Source: Chrysomallon squamiferum (Eukaryota > Animalia > Mollusca). From it: a stretch of 64,000 nt of DNA. Position numbers and translations under genes: made by a program. The stretch is taken from NCBI GenBank assembly GCA_012295275.1, contig CM022676.1, positions 15,562,001-15,626,000 of the forward strand, in the 5' to 3' direction. This document shows positions 1 to 43,032 of this stretch, in pieces (the stretch's first letter is position 1; each line of letters begins with the position of its first letter). The notes beneath the pieces are model-generated. The model saw only the letters and a program-made list of their open reading frames with translations. It was not told the DNA's origin and ran no database searches.

Positions 1-22
1 AATAGAAACAAAAATAGCATAC

Positions 23-17825
<17,803 letters not shown>

Positions 17826-18070
17826 GTCTGAATGATTCTAGTGGAATATCTGAAATAATAATAACAAGAACAAGAACAAAAACAACAACAATAATAATAA
17901 TAATAACTAGAATAATAATAATTATAATAACAATAACAATGTGAATATCAATAATAATATCAAACATCAAGTCGTAATAATAACTACCAAATAAACGTAG
18001 TAAGAAAAACAAGATAACGAACTACTTGAAAGCGAACTTCTTGAATTGTCTTCCCTGTCTGCAATGATGT

Positions 18071-18205
18071 CTTCTTCCTCTTAGAGCAGCCAGTGAAATT
18101 TCTACAAAGCTTTCCTAGAACAAGGAAGTGGGTCTAATGACGTTTCTCAACAACCTGCATTGTTTTAGAAAGGAAACAGCTGTAAAGTACTTACTATTGT
18201 TCATG
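18071..18205. promoter_or_regulatory. Conserved non-coding block upstream of SRCR leader (homologous to 35717-35855)
   Basis: Visible alignment with 35717-35855; shared GGAA cores (CTTCCT, AGGAAGT, AGGAAA); TTCCTAGAA (GAS-like) at 18112-18120 in this copy only. Function inferred. Confidence 0.55.
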
Positions 18206-18875
18206 CAATTTAATATATATATATATATATATATATAAATATATATAAAATCTGTCTTTATTTATTTATTTATTTATAACACGATCATTTATTTAACAAT
18301 TTATTTGCTTGTATGTACAATGGACTCTGTGAAAACCGGCCTTTGACTAACTTGGAGTTATGTGTAAAATGACACCATTTCCAGGTCCCGTCCAGCTATT
18401 GTCAGCCCTTGATGAAGAACATCCTGTTTAATCCGGATGCACATTTTTCATTGTCTTATTGAATTTGTCGCAATGGCAGAGCGAACTCTGTAAAGCAAAA
18501 TTCGTAGAAGAGTTTACAACAGATCTACTGTGTAAACAGAAAGATTTAGCTATGCAGGGTTAACGTTAGAAAAACTGGAAGAAGTCACTTCTCTCTCCCT
18601 AGTTACAGCACAACTTGACTCAAATAAGTAAAAGCATTATTATTTTGATTATATGGTAAAATAAACACAATTGAAAATAAACCAAACTAAATTGTCAGGG
18701 AACCTACTTAAATACAGAATCAGAAACTTATTTAAAGATGGATTCGGTAACTGGAGAATAAAAATAATAATGTTTATTTAAACTATAAATTATGTATACT
18801 AAACAAACAGCCTACAGAGATAGAACACAGCCTACACTCTATGATTGCCGTATTAAGTCTAATGGGAATAATATA

Positions 18876-19205
18876 CAGTGGTTCCTCGACTTACGACTTT
18901 TTGAGTCCGAGTTACGACCGAACTGCAGGTAAGCCGCCTCCAGCTGGCGCAACGAACAACATAACATCTGGCCAGCATCCCACGTCTCACTCGTTTACTT
19001 CACGTGGTTACTCGCCGCGGAAGCATCTCTGTTATGTTGTGTTCGCGTTTTCTGCATTATTTTGCCATTTTTTGTTTCTGTTTTGTGCAATATTTGTGAT
19101 TTATAGATACATTTTCCTTATTTTTAAAACACATTTTATAACACGTTGGGGGGGCTGGAACTGATTAATGGTATTTCAATGAATTTCATTTGGGGAAAAC
19201 TATTT
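18876..19205. mobile_element. Truncated Tigger/pogo-like (Tc1-mariner) non-autonomous element
   Basis: TA|CAGTGGTTCCTCGACTTACGAC terminus and internal GGCTGGAAC.GATTAATGG.ATTTCAAT..ATTTCA.TGGGGAAAA resemble Tigger-derived MITEs; second TIR not seen. Confidence 0.6.
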
Positions 19206-20608
19206 TCTATGTAGCCATCTATCTATTTATTTATTTATTTATTTATTTGCTGACTTATTTAATTATTTATTTAAAATTTTATGCTTGAAAAATGTTAGCT
19301 AAAATTACGTGCCGGTACGTGTTTATCAGTGTCTGAGTGCGAGTGTGCGTGTGTGTCTATGTGTGTGTTTCTATGTGAACAATTCATATTTTCTTATCTT
19401 CAATTACAGGATATTATGGTCTGAACATCTACACAGATTGAGTCAGCTCTGAAGCTACTGTCAAAATACCTTAACAATTAGACAACTAAATAATTTTATT
19501 TTAGTATAATCATACCCTTCAGTTGTAATTATAATTATGAACAGATATTAAATATATCTAGAAATTCTTCATTTCTACTATATAGTTGTAAAATTTTTAT
19601 ATGTTGCTGAAGACTAAATTTCATCTTTTCTTACTAGGTTATGTTTTTCAGGTCCAATTATTGCTACTAATAAAAACAGTGTAGATGATGTGTAACTGCG
19701 GGATTCCTCTTCATGATCTTTCTAGTCACATAAAATGTCTTCACTTTTCTCTTAGTCATTCACAATATTTAGCACAACAAGTCATTTTACCCACAATTCT
19801 TCAGTATGCCCTCTTTTTCCATTTCCTTAGATATGTTCTCTAAAAAATCAATTTCAGTTCAAACGGCGATATCTTCAAGAATAGAATTCATGACTGATGG
19901 GTTGTACAATCTGATATTGAATTCTTTCTTAGGGAGGTAAAGCTGATTCAGGACGCGAATTAGCAAAGTTCCGATAAGTTAATTATATTCTGGTAAATCT
20001 TTGATCACTTTCGTATCACATTGAATTTTTGTAAATGTTTAGTTAAGACATGAAACTGACATTTTGATCTTGATCATCCATTAAAATGTTTTTACCATCA
20101 CAGCAGTTTACCATATATTATTTATTTTATGTCAGCCGAATAAATGTAACATGATTCACATAGAATTATGTAACAGTATTTTACTTATACTTCGTTTCCA
20201 GTCTGAATTATAACTGCTTCTATTATATATAGATTTCAGCTTTAAGCAAAGGACAAACGTTTATTTGTACAGAATAAAGTTAGTTCTTTTTTCACTATTA
20301 ACATTTTGTGTAACATCCTTCATGCACATATTTCTGATAACCCATCACGCCACATGTATCCCTCGTTTCTTTTCATTGTGACATGAAATAAATTTCGACA
20401 TTGTCAATCTCTTACACAGGGCCAAGTTTCTGGATTTTCCCTCTAGCCATTAGGGCTGTTGAAATGAGCTCGAACATTCTGAATCCTGATGCCAAGGAAT
20501 TATCCTAACAGCGAATGAAGTAAAACAGTTCGGTAGTATGCAGAATATGTTTAGATTGTTTCTGGTTATCTCCGTAGGTACTGTTTAAAATAAATTGTGA
20601 CATACATA

Positions 20609-20658
<50 letters not shown>

Positions 20659-21249
20659 AGTTGATCAATGTGTGACAGTCACTTACAATAGTCTGCCTTC
20701 TCTAACCTACAGTAAAAGTGTTCATCTTTGCAAATAACCCACGAGTATACTTTAGTATGTCTCGTGTATAACACACAATTTTTTATCGGGCCTACGTAGA
20801 AAACAAACAGACACTTTACAGATTTAATGTGATATGCTGGAGAGTTTCTCCACAAAACTAAGATCAGTATGCTGAAGCATTCGGGAAAAACAGCAGTTTA
20901 AAATTATCTTTAACTAATCTGCATAGCAAGCAAACAAACACATAAATTAAATACAATTAATATATTATAATATATAGCATTTAATTTGATCTTACTTACA
21001 TCAACTGTTATTCAATTTGAATTTTAATAATCATTTCTACCATTTTAGAGTGTTTGAATGTTGTATATATTACAGTCAGTATTATAAACTAGTAATTTGT
21101 CCTAATGCCTGAAATGTTTATGCATTTAGACTAACGTCCAAGATCGTCAGTCGTTTGGGCTAATGACTAAAATGTCCAGGAATTAGACCAAACGACTGAA
21201 ATAAACGTATATTCATTACGCAAAATGACTGAATGAAAAAGAATGACCT

Positions 21250-21660
21250 GCAGCTGCATTAAAACATTTATTTCGAAACATATCACAAGTAGTGTTCTAT
21301 TTATTGATGCAGTTTAAACATGAGTTACATCAAAAGCTGGTCAGACTTAAAAATGTTTTAATTGTTAAAATGTCAACCACAGATATGGTGGTATATTTTT
21401 AATCACTTAGATTCCTATTAGTTTATGAGCCTACTTATAGAATGTTTAAATATTGGTTGAAATGAATTAGAACAAAACATTGTATTGGATATTATAGAAG
21501 AATAATTGGATGACTTTTATTTGGGAAACTTTATATGAGTTCCGATATGGTTACATGTGGATGGAGCAGAACCATACTAATGAAAATATAAAAACGTATC
21601 TGTGCATAATTAAGCAAAGAATATATGACCAAGCAAAGCAGAGTCTTCCAATTCAGTTAA
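21250..21660 (+). mobile_element. Decayed LINE ORF2 C-terminal fragment
   Basis: KNVLIVKMSTTDMVVYF*SLRFLL and NWMTFIWETLYEFRYGYMWMEQ..LCIIKQRIYDQAKQ resemble the post-RT region of invertebrate CR1/L2-group LINEs. Confidence 0.65.
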
Positions 21661-23112
21661 ATACATTTTTTTTTTTAATTATTGACGTAGTATATCAATA
21701 AGCTATAAAACTTATGATAATAAATAATTTAATTGAATCACTAAACAGATGGTAGCAAAGCATTAAACCCATTTGACTTTTTGCCAGAACTCCTATCAGT
21801 GAGAATGTCAAACAACAGCAACCAAACTCCAGTGATTAGGGCTAATTACTGGAAATGTTAGGCCTAATGTTTAGCGGTATTCGTCGATAGGCTAAGTGCC
21901 TAAACGTTTTTTTATCTGACAGCTTTAACTGTCAAATCGGTGTCAGACAAAACGAATGTGTTTGGAATGTAAACCTGGTTTTATGATCTATGGTTAAATA
22001 AGAAAGTATTCCTTTTTGAATTTCTATAAAACGTAAGAATCATAACACTTTGGGAGAACCTAATTTGCAAAGTGAAAACAAAATTTCCTCACAACTATAT
22101 TTTTAACGCATGTTATCGATTCTCCTTTTGACGCATTTGTGAAGGAAAAATACATTTTAGATGATTGTACGGTAAACCATTTATGGACATATCCCGACTG
22201 TCATAGCGTTGAATGGTTACTTGAAACGGTATCCAAAATGCTAAATTATCAGTATCTACAAATGGGGAAAAACATAAACTGAAAGGTCTCCAAAGGGTAA
22301 TAATTATATAAAAAAGTTAATAAATAAATAAAAAATGTATTGAAATTAGAATTGTTTTTACATTTAATAGAAAACTCCATATGAAATTGTGTAAGAATTT
22401 AGTAAGTGTTAAAAAAATTTATGCTGAACTAGGACGATATACCTTTTTTTCTATAAAAAATAAAAACAATAACCTTTTCGTGGAACCTAATTTATAAAGT
22501 CAAAACAATATTTCCTCACAAGGGTACTAATTATAAAAAAAATGTTAAAAATGTATTAAAATTAGGAAATTCTTGAAGCGCTCTGTCAAAAGGGTTCTCA
22601 TATCATGGAGTGACCATCGCTATACTGATGAGTGTTTAAGCGCTTACTTTAGATCACTAAGCACACGTTTTTAAAATAGTAAAATAATCTGGAACACCAC
22701 CCTCGATTATCAAGTCTGTTGTAATTATTCGTTAGTTTTCGTTCTCTGTTCTCTATATCTCATGTCAATAATAAGCTTTAAGATGCATCGCTAAAAAGTG
22801 AAGTCATTCAAAAATAATCCCTCCAGAGAATAGCGGTGTTCAAGCGAATGTTCATGTCTTATGTAAAATTAGAAGTCTCATGTTAAACCTGCTGTTAAAA
22901 CTGATTTAATATTGTAAGATAAAAGAGAAAATGTCATATTCTTAATGTTGACAAATTTGTAGATGAATATCATTATGTATTTGAAAGTAAATATGCTGTA
23001 TTGTCAAATGCGAAAAACGGTATACCAGATAATATCGTTTATGTAAATTATCGTCTAAAATTGATACGTATTTTCACAGGAAACCGAGATAGTTATTTAA
23101 ATTAGTAATAAC

Positions 23113-23178
<66 letters not shown>

Positions 23179-24873
23179 AACAACAATAATAAATAAGTAG
23201 AAAGATGATGATGACGATGATGATGATGATGATGATATATATAAATAAATTAATAAATATAAGCTGAAAGAAAGATAAAATACTTGTCAGTAATGTAACT
23301 CCGACTTTAAGTGCATTTTAAATATGTAATATGTTCACTTGCTGTCATTTGAATTTTTTCATGTGCATTCTTGTGTTATAGTTATATTTTACTTGTTTAT
23401 TTTTTATAGATGTTTATGTAGTTATGTGTTATGGTTATATTTTAATTCAAGATGTATTCAGATACATATTTCAACACGCACTGACGAAAACTTACACAGC
23501 GTTACATCATTACTCATTGTAATAGTTACATATAGTTAGTGTTTTGTTTATTTTACTTTCTTATTATTACTAATACAGTGAGCTCATTTCTTCTTAATTT
23601 CACTCTTTGCTATCTTAAAATCTATATAGTATTATATATAAACCACACTTAATTTGTCTTTTAAAACATGAAGTCATATATTATTATGTAGACAAATATG
23701 ACATACGAATGTATGTGTAATGTATAACTGATTATAGTAAATTAATGGAATATCTTTGAACAAGCTGGAGATTTAACACAGCTACAACCAGTTACAGTCA
23801 TGTTTACAGGTTGTAGTAATTTCGGATGTGATTCAGTGTTTAGTTGATGTCTTTGGCGTCTGATAGATAACTTAATATTTAAATAGCACCGACTTGAAGA
23901 CGACAGTCTTGCGATAAACACAACTGTTATAAGAAGCGCAGAAAGTTGTGTAAATTTGATTGCTGTGGAAATTGTAAGGACATATTACTGCTACAGGCAA
24001 GTTTATGTGACAAATGTGATTGCACAACTGTTGTAGTAAGTAATTGAAAGAAATCAGTTATAATGCTCATGACTGACTTCTTATTTTTATTTTGTTTTAT
24101 TATTATTATTAGTAGTAGTACTAGTAGTTCTTTTTGTTGTATTATTATTATTAGTATTTATTTATTTATTTATTTATTTACTTTTATTGTATTTTCTGTT
24201 GACGAGAAATAATAAAACTGTCAATAAGTATGTTGGTCTGCTTTATGTTCTGTGCATAATAATAAAGTTAATTTCTTTTTAAAAATGTCTGGATTCACAT
24301 CACAAGACGATAACAAGGCAGAGAATTAATGCATGTGTTGGCATAAAATATCAAAGTGATGCGTTGTTTTCACTAAACATAGTTTAATCAGAAGTAAATG
24401 CATACAGATAATTAGTATTTTACAAAACATAGTTTAATCACAATTTTACTAGACATAGATTAATCAGAATTTGACTAGACAGTCTAACTACAGTTTTACA
24501 GATTTCCTAAAAATAAAATTATGCTGTACAGTATCAGTTAATTATAAATATCCAAAGAAAAACACAACATTTTAGAACATAAAAAGTACACAAACATACA
24601 CTATATATTAAATTGTTCTCATATAAACATAATACAAGTATGAAACCATATTTAAAAGAAATATGTCTAGTAAAGTTCTTGTATGAAAACAAATATATAT
24701 ATAGCAGGAATATAGATATATAATTAGTTATCTTGCATACTGAAATTTCTGAAATTACTTTTTTGAATTTTTTTTATCTTAATTCTTACATAAGTACGTG
24801 TGCATACACTAAAATGAGTTATTTGTTGCAGTTTTAAGTAAATGCATTAGTAACGAATATTTCAATCGTTCGG

Positions 24874-35397
<10,524 letters not shown>

Positions 35398-35716
35398 GTT
35401 TGAATTATTCCAGTGGGAAATCTGAAATTACAACAATAATAATTGTAATACTAATAGTAATAATAATAATAATACTAATAATACTACTAATAATAATAAT
35501 AATAATACTGATGATAATAATAATAATAGTACTAATAATGGTAGTAATATTAATAATAATAACTATAACAACAACAACAATAATAATAATAATATCAACA
35601 TCAGTAGAAATACAAATAACAATAACTATAAAAGCGATTCAGTCAGAAAAAGAAATTATGAATTATTTAAAAACTAACTGGTGAAATATTCTTCTTTATT
35701 TAGTCTACAGTTTTTT

Positions 35717-35855
35717 CTTCTTCCTGATAGAGCAGCCAATGAAATTTTTGCAAAACTTAACTAGAAGAAGGAAGTCAGTCTACTTATGTATTTCAACAAG
35801 CTGCATTGTTTTGTAAAGGAAACAGGTTATAAAGTACTTGTTATTGTTCGTGTGA
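35717..35855. promoter_or_regulatory. Conserved non-coding block upstream of receptor leader (homologous to 18071-18205)
   Basis: Alignment by eye, e.g. TAGAGCAGCCA.TGAAATTT and CTGCATTGTTTT..AAAGGAAACAG in both copies. Confidence 0.55.
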
Positions 35856-36233
35856 ATATGCTTTGAACTCTTAGCATAACATATTCTCAAATAAACTTTG
35901 TCAGAGAAAATTTCGCTTGGAAAAGAACCCTTAAAAATCGAGATTCATTCAACATAACAAACATCCGTCAACCGCACCAACACATTAAATATAAATACAG
36001 ATATAACTGAACCGTTTAACTGACAACTGTAAATGTCTTTAATCCCTGAAATGAGCATAAACAGATCTACAGTTTTAGATAGGAGTCAGCCTTATATTTC
36101 CCAAACTGAAATCACTGAATTCAGGATTAAAAAACATATACAATTATAGTTAGAAATCAAACCTTTTATTTCTTGCAAAATGAAAATCACTTTTGGGTAC
36201 CTAATATAAGTATGTCTGTCTGTCTGTGTGTGT

Positions 36234-36280
<47 letters not shown>

Positions 36281-37806
36281 GTTCCCTATTAAAACTAATT
36301 AAACAGAGATTCTCTGAAGATTCCTTCTTATTTGTGTATAGGGAGGTTTATAATGTATATGTATATATGTGCGTATGAATGTGTGTATGAATATATATTT
36401 AGATATGTGTGTGCATGCGCGTGTAGGGGAGGTGGATGTATGTGTGTATAAGAGAAAGACTGAGAGTGTGCGTGCGTGTGTCTGTCCATATACATGTATT
36501 TCTTCCAAGACGAACATCACTTTTGAGTCCTAATGTAAGTGTATCTGTGTGTATGTGTGTGGTTGTGTGTGTCTCGGAAGTGTTGTGTCTGTCTACTTTC
36601 TGTCTGTTTGCATATGTGTGCATGTGTCTGAATGTATATGTGTATATGTGTGTGTATGTGTTCATGTGGGTATGTGTATGTGTGTGTGTGTGTGTGTGTC
36701 AATATATGTGATTTAAAATACAGTTAGAAAGGATCCAAGGATACGTTTTAAAACTGTTAAATAAGAACGATTTTGTGAAATCCAATCATTTATAGGTGTA
36801 TAAAAAGAAACCATAATTTAAAAATATAAATGTTCATAATAATGTATGAATATATATTGATATATATATTTGTATGTAACCGACTGGTATCAGGTACGTG
36901 CATTATTGTAAAAGATGTGTGTAATGAGTGTAGATTTCTCAAAACCACATGGTGTGTGAGGAAATATACCAGATTTAAAATTCTTTTAGAAACCATTCCT
37001 ATTTCCAAGGATTATCCTAGTTCTGAAAAACAAGGATTAAAATTCAATCATTTAAAATAAAATAATATTTAACTCTGGCAACGTAAGTTATAATCGGCAA
37101 AGTCGTCAAGTTACAATCCAACCAATCTAAGAACAGACATACAATTATTTAAAATTGTGACAGTTCGACTGCAATTAACACTAGGGCCGATGTAAACAAA
37201 AAATGTCTTGTTCCGAGTTGATTGATTACGGCAATAATCCTGACAATAAATTAAATACCTAAATACATTAATAGGTAACGATATGAGCCGAGTGCTATAC
37301 AATAAAACACAGACCAGTGTCCAGTTACAACGCACTTGACTGACCAGGATTAAACACCTCGGAACTCGGCTCATCTCTCCTTTGTTTTTGTGTTTTATTT
37401 AGACTGGACACCATCACTCCCAGACTCCATTCCCCAAAGTAGTTAGTTGTACAGCAAAATAACCAAAGACAAAAATAAACACGGCTATAATAAGTTGTAT
37501 TGTAAAGTTATAAAATAAATCATTTTCAAATCATTATTTTTTGTTTTCTTGTTTTAGTAACTTTTTTCACAAATACATGTTTCTATTCTGCGTTCTTCTG
37601 TCATTCTCAGAAATTGAGGTTGAGGATATTTTTACTCGAAATGCTGTGTTTGTGTGTGTTTTGCTGAAGGCAGCTGAATTGTAATACTGATTGTATTCAG
37701 TGAGTAGAGCTTTTAGATGTCTGACAAATCCAATTTGTGTGTGAACAGTAACTGTCATCAGATTTGACGTCATTTAATATTAAAATTATTAAAAATAAAA
37801 TCATTT

Positions 37807-37913
<107 letters not shown>

Positions 37914-38791
37914 ACTGACTTTGGACTAAGCAAAATGATAACTACACATGCATTTTTTTTTTTTTATCTACAGACTGAAAGAATTAACGATAATTGAAAA
38001 AATGAAAGGAACTGAAAATAAATAAATAAATAAATTACAGTAATAATCATTTACAAAGTTAAAGACGTTACTTTTATCGACGTTTAAAGAATGTACAAGG
38101 TTTGTATTAGGAATAGTTCATCGCTAGCAACAACCATTTATAACAGTTGTTTGTGAATTAGTGTCAATATTTCCAATATAATTATAAATGTATTGTGTGT
38201 ATCTGTTGGTGATTTCTATTTTTAAGCGCCATGAATTACGTCACGTAAAATCATCAGCTAACGGGGTTGCAAGGTCCACGGAAAGGAAGACGGTTAACAC
38301 AATCAAGATATTCTATATGCACATTTTGAGAGAAACAAATAAAAATATGCTGAAATTACATTAACTTTTTCATGTTACTAATTGGGTGGAAGCAAAATTT
38401 ATATTTAGAGTTAAACTGGATATATCTCAAAACACATTTTTTGCTAAGGTTTCTCTGTTTATTTATATTTACATGTTTTAGATTACATTTACATTACATA
38501 TTTTCAATATGCTTGTGTTTAAAGTTACACTCAGATTTAAGATAATACGATTGTTTTAAAATAGAGAATGTATATAATAATAAATAAACAAATAATTTAT
38601 AGCATATTGATAATATGTAAATGTGCATGTGTGTGCATGTGTTTGTGGGTGTGTCTGTATCTATATCTGTCTATCTATCTATCTATCTATCTATATATGT
38701 ATGTATATATATATATGTCTGTGTGTGTGTCTGTGTTTATCAGTTTGTGTATGTATATATATATATATATATGTGTGTGTGTATGTAGGTA

Positions 38792-38832
<41 letters not shown>

Positions 38833-39070
38833 GTGTGTGTGTACGTTTCTATGTATCTATGTATGAATCTTCGTGTATCGTTTTCTTTTGTCATTTTATC
38901 TATATAACAAGAATTAACGAAGAACATTTGTGATAAATAAGAATGCACTTTGCTGTGTGTTTTTTTTTGTATATCTATGTATTCATACGAATGTGTGCGT
39001 GCGTGTGCATGCGGGCGAAATGTTAGGATTTTATGACAGATCCCCATGCTTCAGTTTTAAATATATTTAC

Positions 39071-39798
39071 CATTATTGTCTCCAACTGTCACAACACTTT
39101 CTTTAGTTGTCAATGTTTTCTTTCTAGATGTCATAAAATTGTTTTTAAGTGTAGATGACTTGGTGAATTCGACTGAGGAAACAGTAGTCGTATCATTGTA
39201 GTTTTCATTACACGTCACAGTGGCTTCACTTGACATGTCAGACGTCACAGTGGCTTCACTTGACATGTCAGACGTCACAGTGACTCGATTTGACGTGTCA
39301 GACGTCACAGTGGCTTCACTTGACATGTCAGACGTCACAGTGGCTTCACTTGACGTGTCTGACGTCACAGTGACTCGATTTGACATGTCAGACGTCACAG
39401 TGACTCGATTTGACGTGTCAGACGTCACAGTGGCTTCACTTGACGTGTCTGACGTCACAGTGACTCGATTTGACATGTCAGACGTCACAGTGACTCGATT
39501 TGACGTGTCAGACGTCACAGTGGCTTCACTTGACATGTCAGACGTCACAGTGACTCGATTTGACGTGTCAGACGTCACAGTGGCTTCACTTGACATGTCA
39601 GACGTCACAGTGGCTTCACTTGACGTGTCTGACGTCACAGTGACTCGATTTGACATGTCAGACGTCACATTGGCTTCATTTGACATGTGAGACGTCACAG
39701 TGGCTTCATTTGACATGTGAACGTCACAGTGGCTTCACTTGACGTGTCTGACGTCACAGTTACTCGATTTGACATGTCAGACGTCACAGTGTTTGTTT
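39071..39798 (-). pseudogene. Mucin-like S/T-rich stalk exon with 1-nt deletion near 39720
   Basis: CCAG acceptor at 39799, G|GTAAAT donor at 39070; 728 nt (729 needed); one repeat unit lacks its first G. Confidence 0.65.
39211..39790. repeat. 30-bp minisatellite, about 19 units, encoding (T/M)S(SEA/NRV)TVTSD on the minus strand
   Basis: Unit GACGTCACAG-TGGCTTCACT/TGACTCGATT-TGAC(A/G)TGTC(A/T). Confidence 0.97.
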
Positions 39799-40444
39799 CT
39801 GGTGTAAATAATAAAATAATTTAATTAAGAGACAGCGAATTTTCTTTTGTTAATGACAGTTATATCACAACCCACGTAATTGTTGTTCTTTTTTATTATT
39901 ATAATCAGTATCACCTGTGATCAATTTTATTACCAAAACAAAATTGTTTATTTAAATTATTGTTGATAAGCATTTTCAAACGGGTACTCTACTATTATTA
40001 TCTCTTAACCTAAAACTACTCCTACTACTATAAGTATTATCATTAGTATAACACTGCTACTTCGACAACTACTACTACTGCTAATATCTCTTTTACTGTT
40101 ACAACCACTACTACTGCTTACATGGTATCGTCTACTCTACTACTACTAGTATGTCCGGTACTGCGTCTACTAGTATCACTAAATATATTACTATTATTAC
40201 TTATATTGATACTAACCGTTTGTTACATTAACACTTCTACTGATACTACTAAAGCTTTTATCACCACTACTGTTATTTCTATTACAACAACCACTGATGC
40301 TGCTATTACTGCTATTACTGCTATTACTATCACTGCTACTACTATTACTTTCACTACTTCCACTAGTACTACTATGATTATAACCACTTCTTCTACTACT
40401 ACTACTACTACTACTAGTACTGTCACCACTACTAGTAGTACAGC

Positions 40445-40486
<42 letters not shown>

Positions 40487-40770
40487 CAACAACAACATAA
40501 TCAGAAATAATAATAATGATGATGATAATGATAATAATAATAATAATAATTATTATTATTATTATTATTATAAGAGTAACAGCAGCAATAAGAAAACTGA
40601 GTGTGCATGAATATATGTATGTATGCATGTATGTATGTATGTATGTATGCATTCTATTTTATATGTGTAACATAATATTACTCAGTTTATGTATTCATTA
40701 TTCCAAAATGTAACTGCGTATTGTGTTGCTCCTTTGTGTCCACCTGTTCTCTATGTGAGTATGTGTTTGT

Positions 40771-41039
40771 TCAATGATCCTTGTAAACTGTGTAATCTTT
40801 GTACTCGCTGTTGGCGTTGTTTGTCCTTCCAGCACATGTACAAATGTAACTTTGTGTACTGTTACAGTTACACGTGTCTTCTCGCTGTACACAGTCACAC
40901 ACTGTAGTGTTATCAGTTTGTGTTTTGTGTACAAACTTTATATCAGAATTCAGATTCTGTGACTCGTGTACACGACACGTCATATACATCATTTCACCTT
41001 TTAGTACAGGTTTCACGTGATATAATCCAATCTTTACTC
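40771..41039 (-). pseudogene. Third copy (A3) of atypical Ig-like exon, truncated
   Basis: Near-identical to A1/A2 up to DYTVYKDH, then TGA at 40771-40773; the DTGVWFC segment is replaced by unrelated sequence. Confidence 0.82.
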
Positions 41040-41749
41040 CTAGAACTGAAACAAAAATCATTAATTTTGACTTGCAGATAATTATATCAGTTAGTGGGTT
41101 TTTTCTTGATTTTTTTTCTAATAAATCATTTAGCTTAGTCGTGATAGTTGTTATGATTAATAATGTTGTCTGTATTGGATTAATAATGATACTTGTATTA
41201 TTACAACTATTTTATTGCTACCAGTATTACTGTTACTACTAGCTCTGACAATACTATAATAATTACTACCTCTTAATATATACTACTCATACTAACAATA
41301 ATACCAGTACTACTGCTACTTCAAGTTCCACCAATACTATGTACTGGCAGTTGACAAAGCTATTAAAAGTGTAGGTTGTGTCCATTATCCTGTAGTTAGA
41401 AATCCCGTCTTTAAAATATATGAAAATCAATTACATAGCAATGCAGATTTGTATCTGTTATTTCTTAAATGATGATTTTTTTTCTGTACATGTTTTAAAT
41501 GCGTGCGTTGTACGAGAGTGTTAAACGTGGTGATGTAAACGAACTATGAAGCCCGTGCAGTAGAACGTCCTAAATTTGTGTCTCTTTGCCTGACTTAACT
41601 ACGCGAAAGTCACTTTAGTGTTGTTTTCAGAACAGTTAGGAAGGCCAAAGGTCAATCTATCCAACTGTGCATGTCGTCGCTGGCAATGGCTTATGTCAAA
41701 AGTTGTCTCCAAAAATTTAGTTTTACTGGTTCCCTTCAAACAACTTTTG

Positions 41750-41802
<53 letters not shown>

Positions 41803-42250
41803 AAAAAAAGTATTATAATAATAATAGTGTTTTTTATGAATATTATTATTATTAATATTATTATTTTACTTTTTTTTTTTTTTTTTTTTGAGAGAGAGTG
41901 GCATTGTGACCTCTATTTTAAAATTAGATTAGTTGTTAGTTACCGAATAAAATGCAGAGGGAAACCATTTCAACTGTTCCAGTAATTACTCGTCATTAGT
42001 TTGTATGGGGTAAGTATACAGTATTTATTATTTCAGACAAATTAACACTGACATTTACTGCTAAATCATTAATGATGTTGATAAATAACCTTTATACGAC
42101 ATGGCTCCTATGTTGATGAAAATTGTAGTTTTGAGATTAAAGGAAAACTAAAACCACTTTCAGGAGTCACAGAAGCAGAAAGAGAAATTGTAGGCATGAT
42201 GCAGGTGGGACTGCAGAGTCTTACATGAGAAAACACAGAAAAATAGTCTG

Positions 42251-42866
42251 TTTACTCCAGATGTCCTCAAAGATGGTGATGAAAGAGTAAAACATTACGG
42301 AAGACTTTGTTTCACTTTATTTGTGGCTTTGATTAATGTTGTTTCTCCACACCTCTGAGATCTCAAAAACAGTTTTAACAAAATTTGAAAAACTTGTGTT
42401 AGTGGAAAAGAAACTTAGACTCAGTCTACAACAGGATCTGTGTTATAGATTTAAAATGTCTGCAAGTTGTGGATCTGACATTTCATGATGTCACACAAAT
42501 ATTGTTTGAGAAGTTGAAATGTTTAGTATTGTGGCTGAACTAAGAACAACTACAGTTAACAATGCTTGAATTTTCCAGATATTTTGGTCACAGTTTCAGT
42601 TGTTATTGACTGCTTTGAGAAATGTACAGAGAGACATTCTAAATTATTAGCTTGAGGCAAAACCTGCTAATTGATTAGTTTGAGCTAAAACCAGCTCAAA
42701 TTATAAACATCACAATACTGTTAAATATTTAATTAGTATTAACCCTCAACATGCAATTTCATTTTCATGAAAAGGACGTGACAAAGAATCAGACAAACAT
42801 CTAACTGAAAACAGCTGCCTGTTGTTAAATCTCTTACAGGGTGACATTTTGCTTGCAAATAGTTTC
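42251..42866 (+). mobile_element. Decayed ISL2EU/PIF-Harbinger-type DDE transposase
   Basis: Fragments DERVKHY, QDLCYRF, VVIDCFE..ER.SKL, SNYKHHNTVKYLISINPQ.AISF, SDKHLTENS..LLQGDILLANSF match the ISL2EU DDE_Tnp_4 motif series; multiple stops. Confidence 0.88.
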
Positions 42867-42971
42867 AATTTATTTATTTTTTTATTTTTGTGTGTGTTAT
42901 TTCCAGTATATTTTATTTGGAAAACTATAATTTATTTATAAAGAATTAACAGTTTGGAAATTAATTTTTAA

Positions 42972-43032
<61 letters not shown>

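Noticed and set aside
19500-20600. Non-repetitive stretch that may be a decayed coding or transposon sequence
   Set aside because: Stops in the frames read and no motif I could recognise; needs BLASTX/RepeatMasker.
37567-37773. Possible terminal exon after the mucin exon (starts AT GAC GTC like the TM exon)
   Set aside because: Preceded by AA rather than AG, no TM segment and no recognisable motif.
39211-39790. CRISPR-like repeat/spacer appearance
   Set aside because: Only two recurring 10-bp variants rather than unique spacers, no cas genes, eukaryotic context; it is a coding-type minisatellite.
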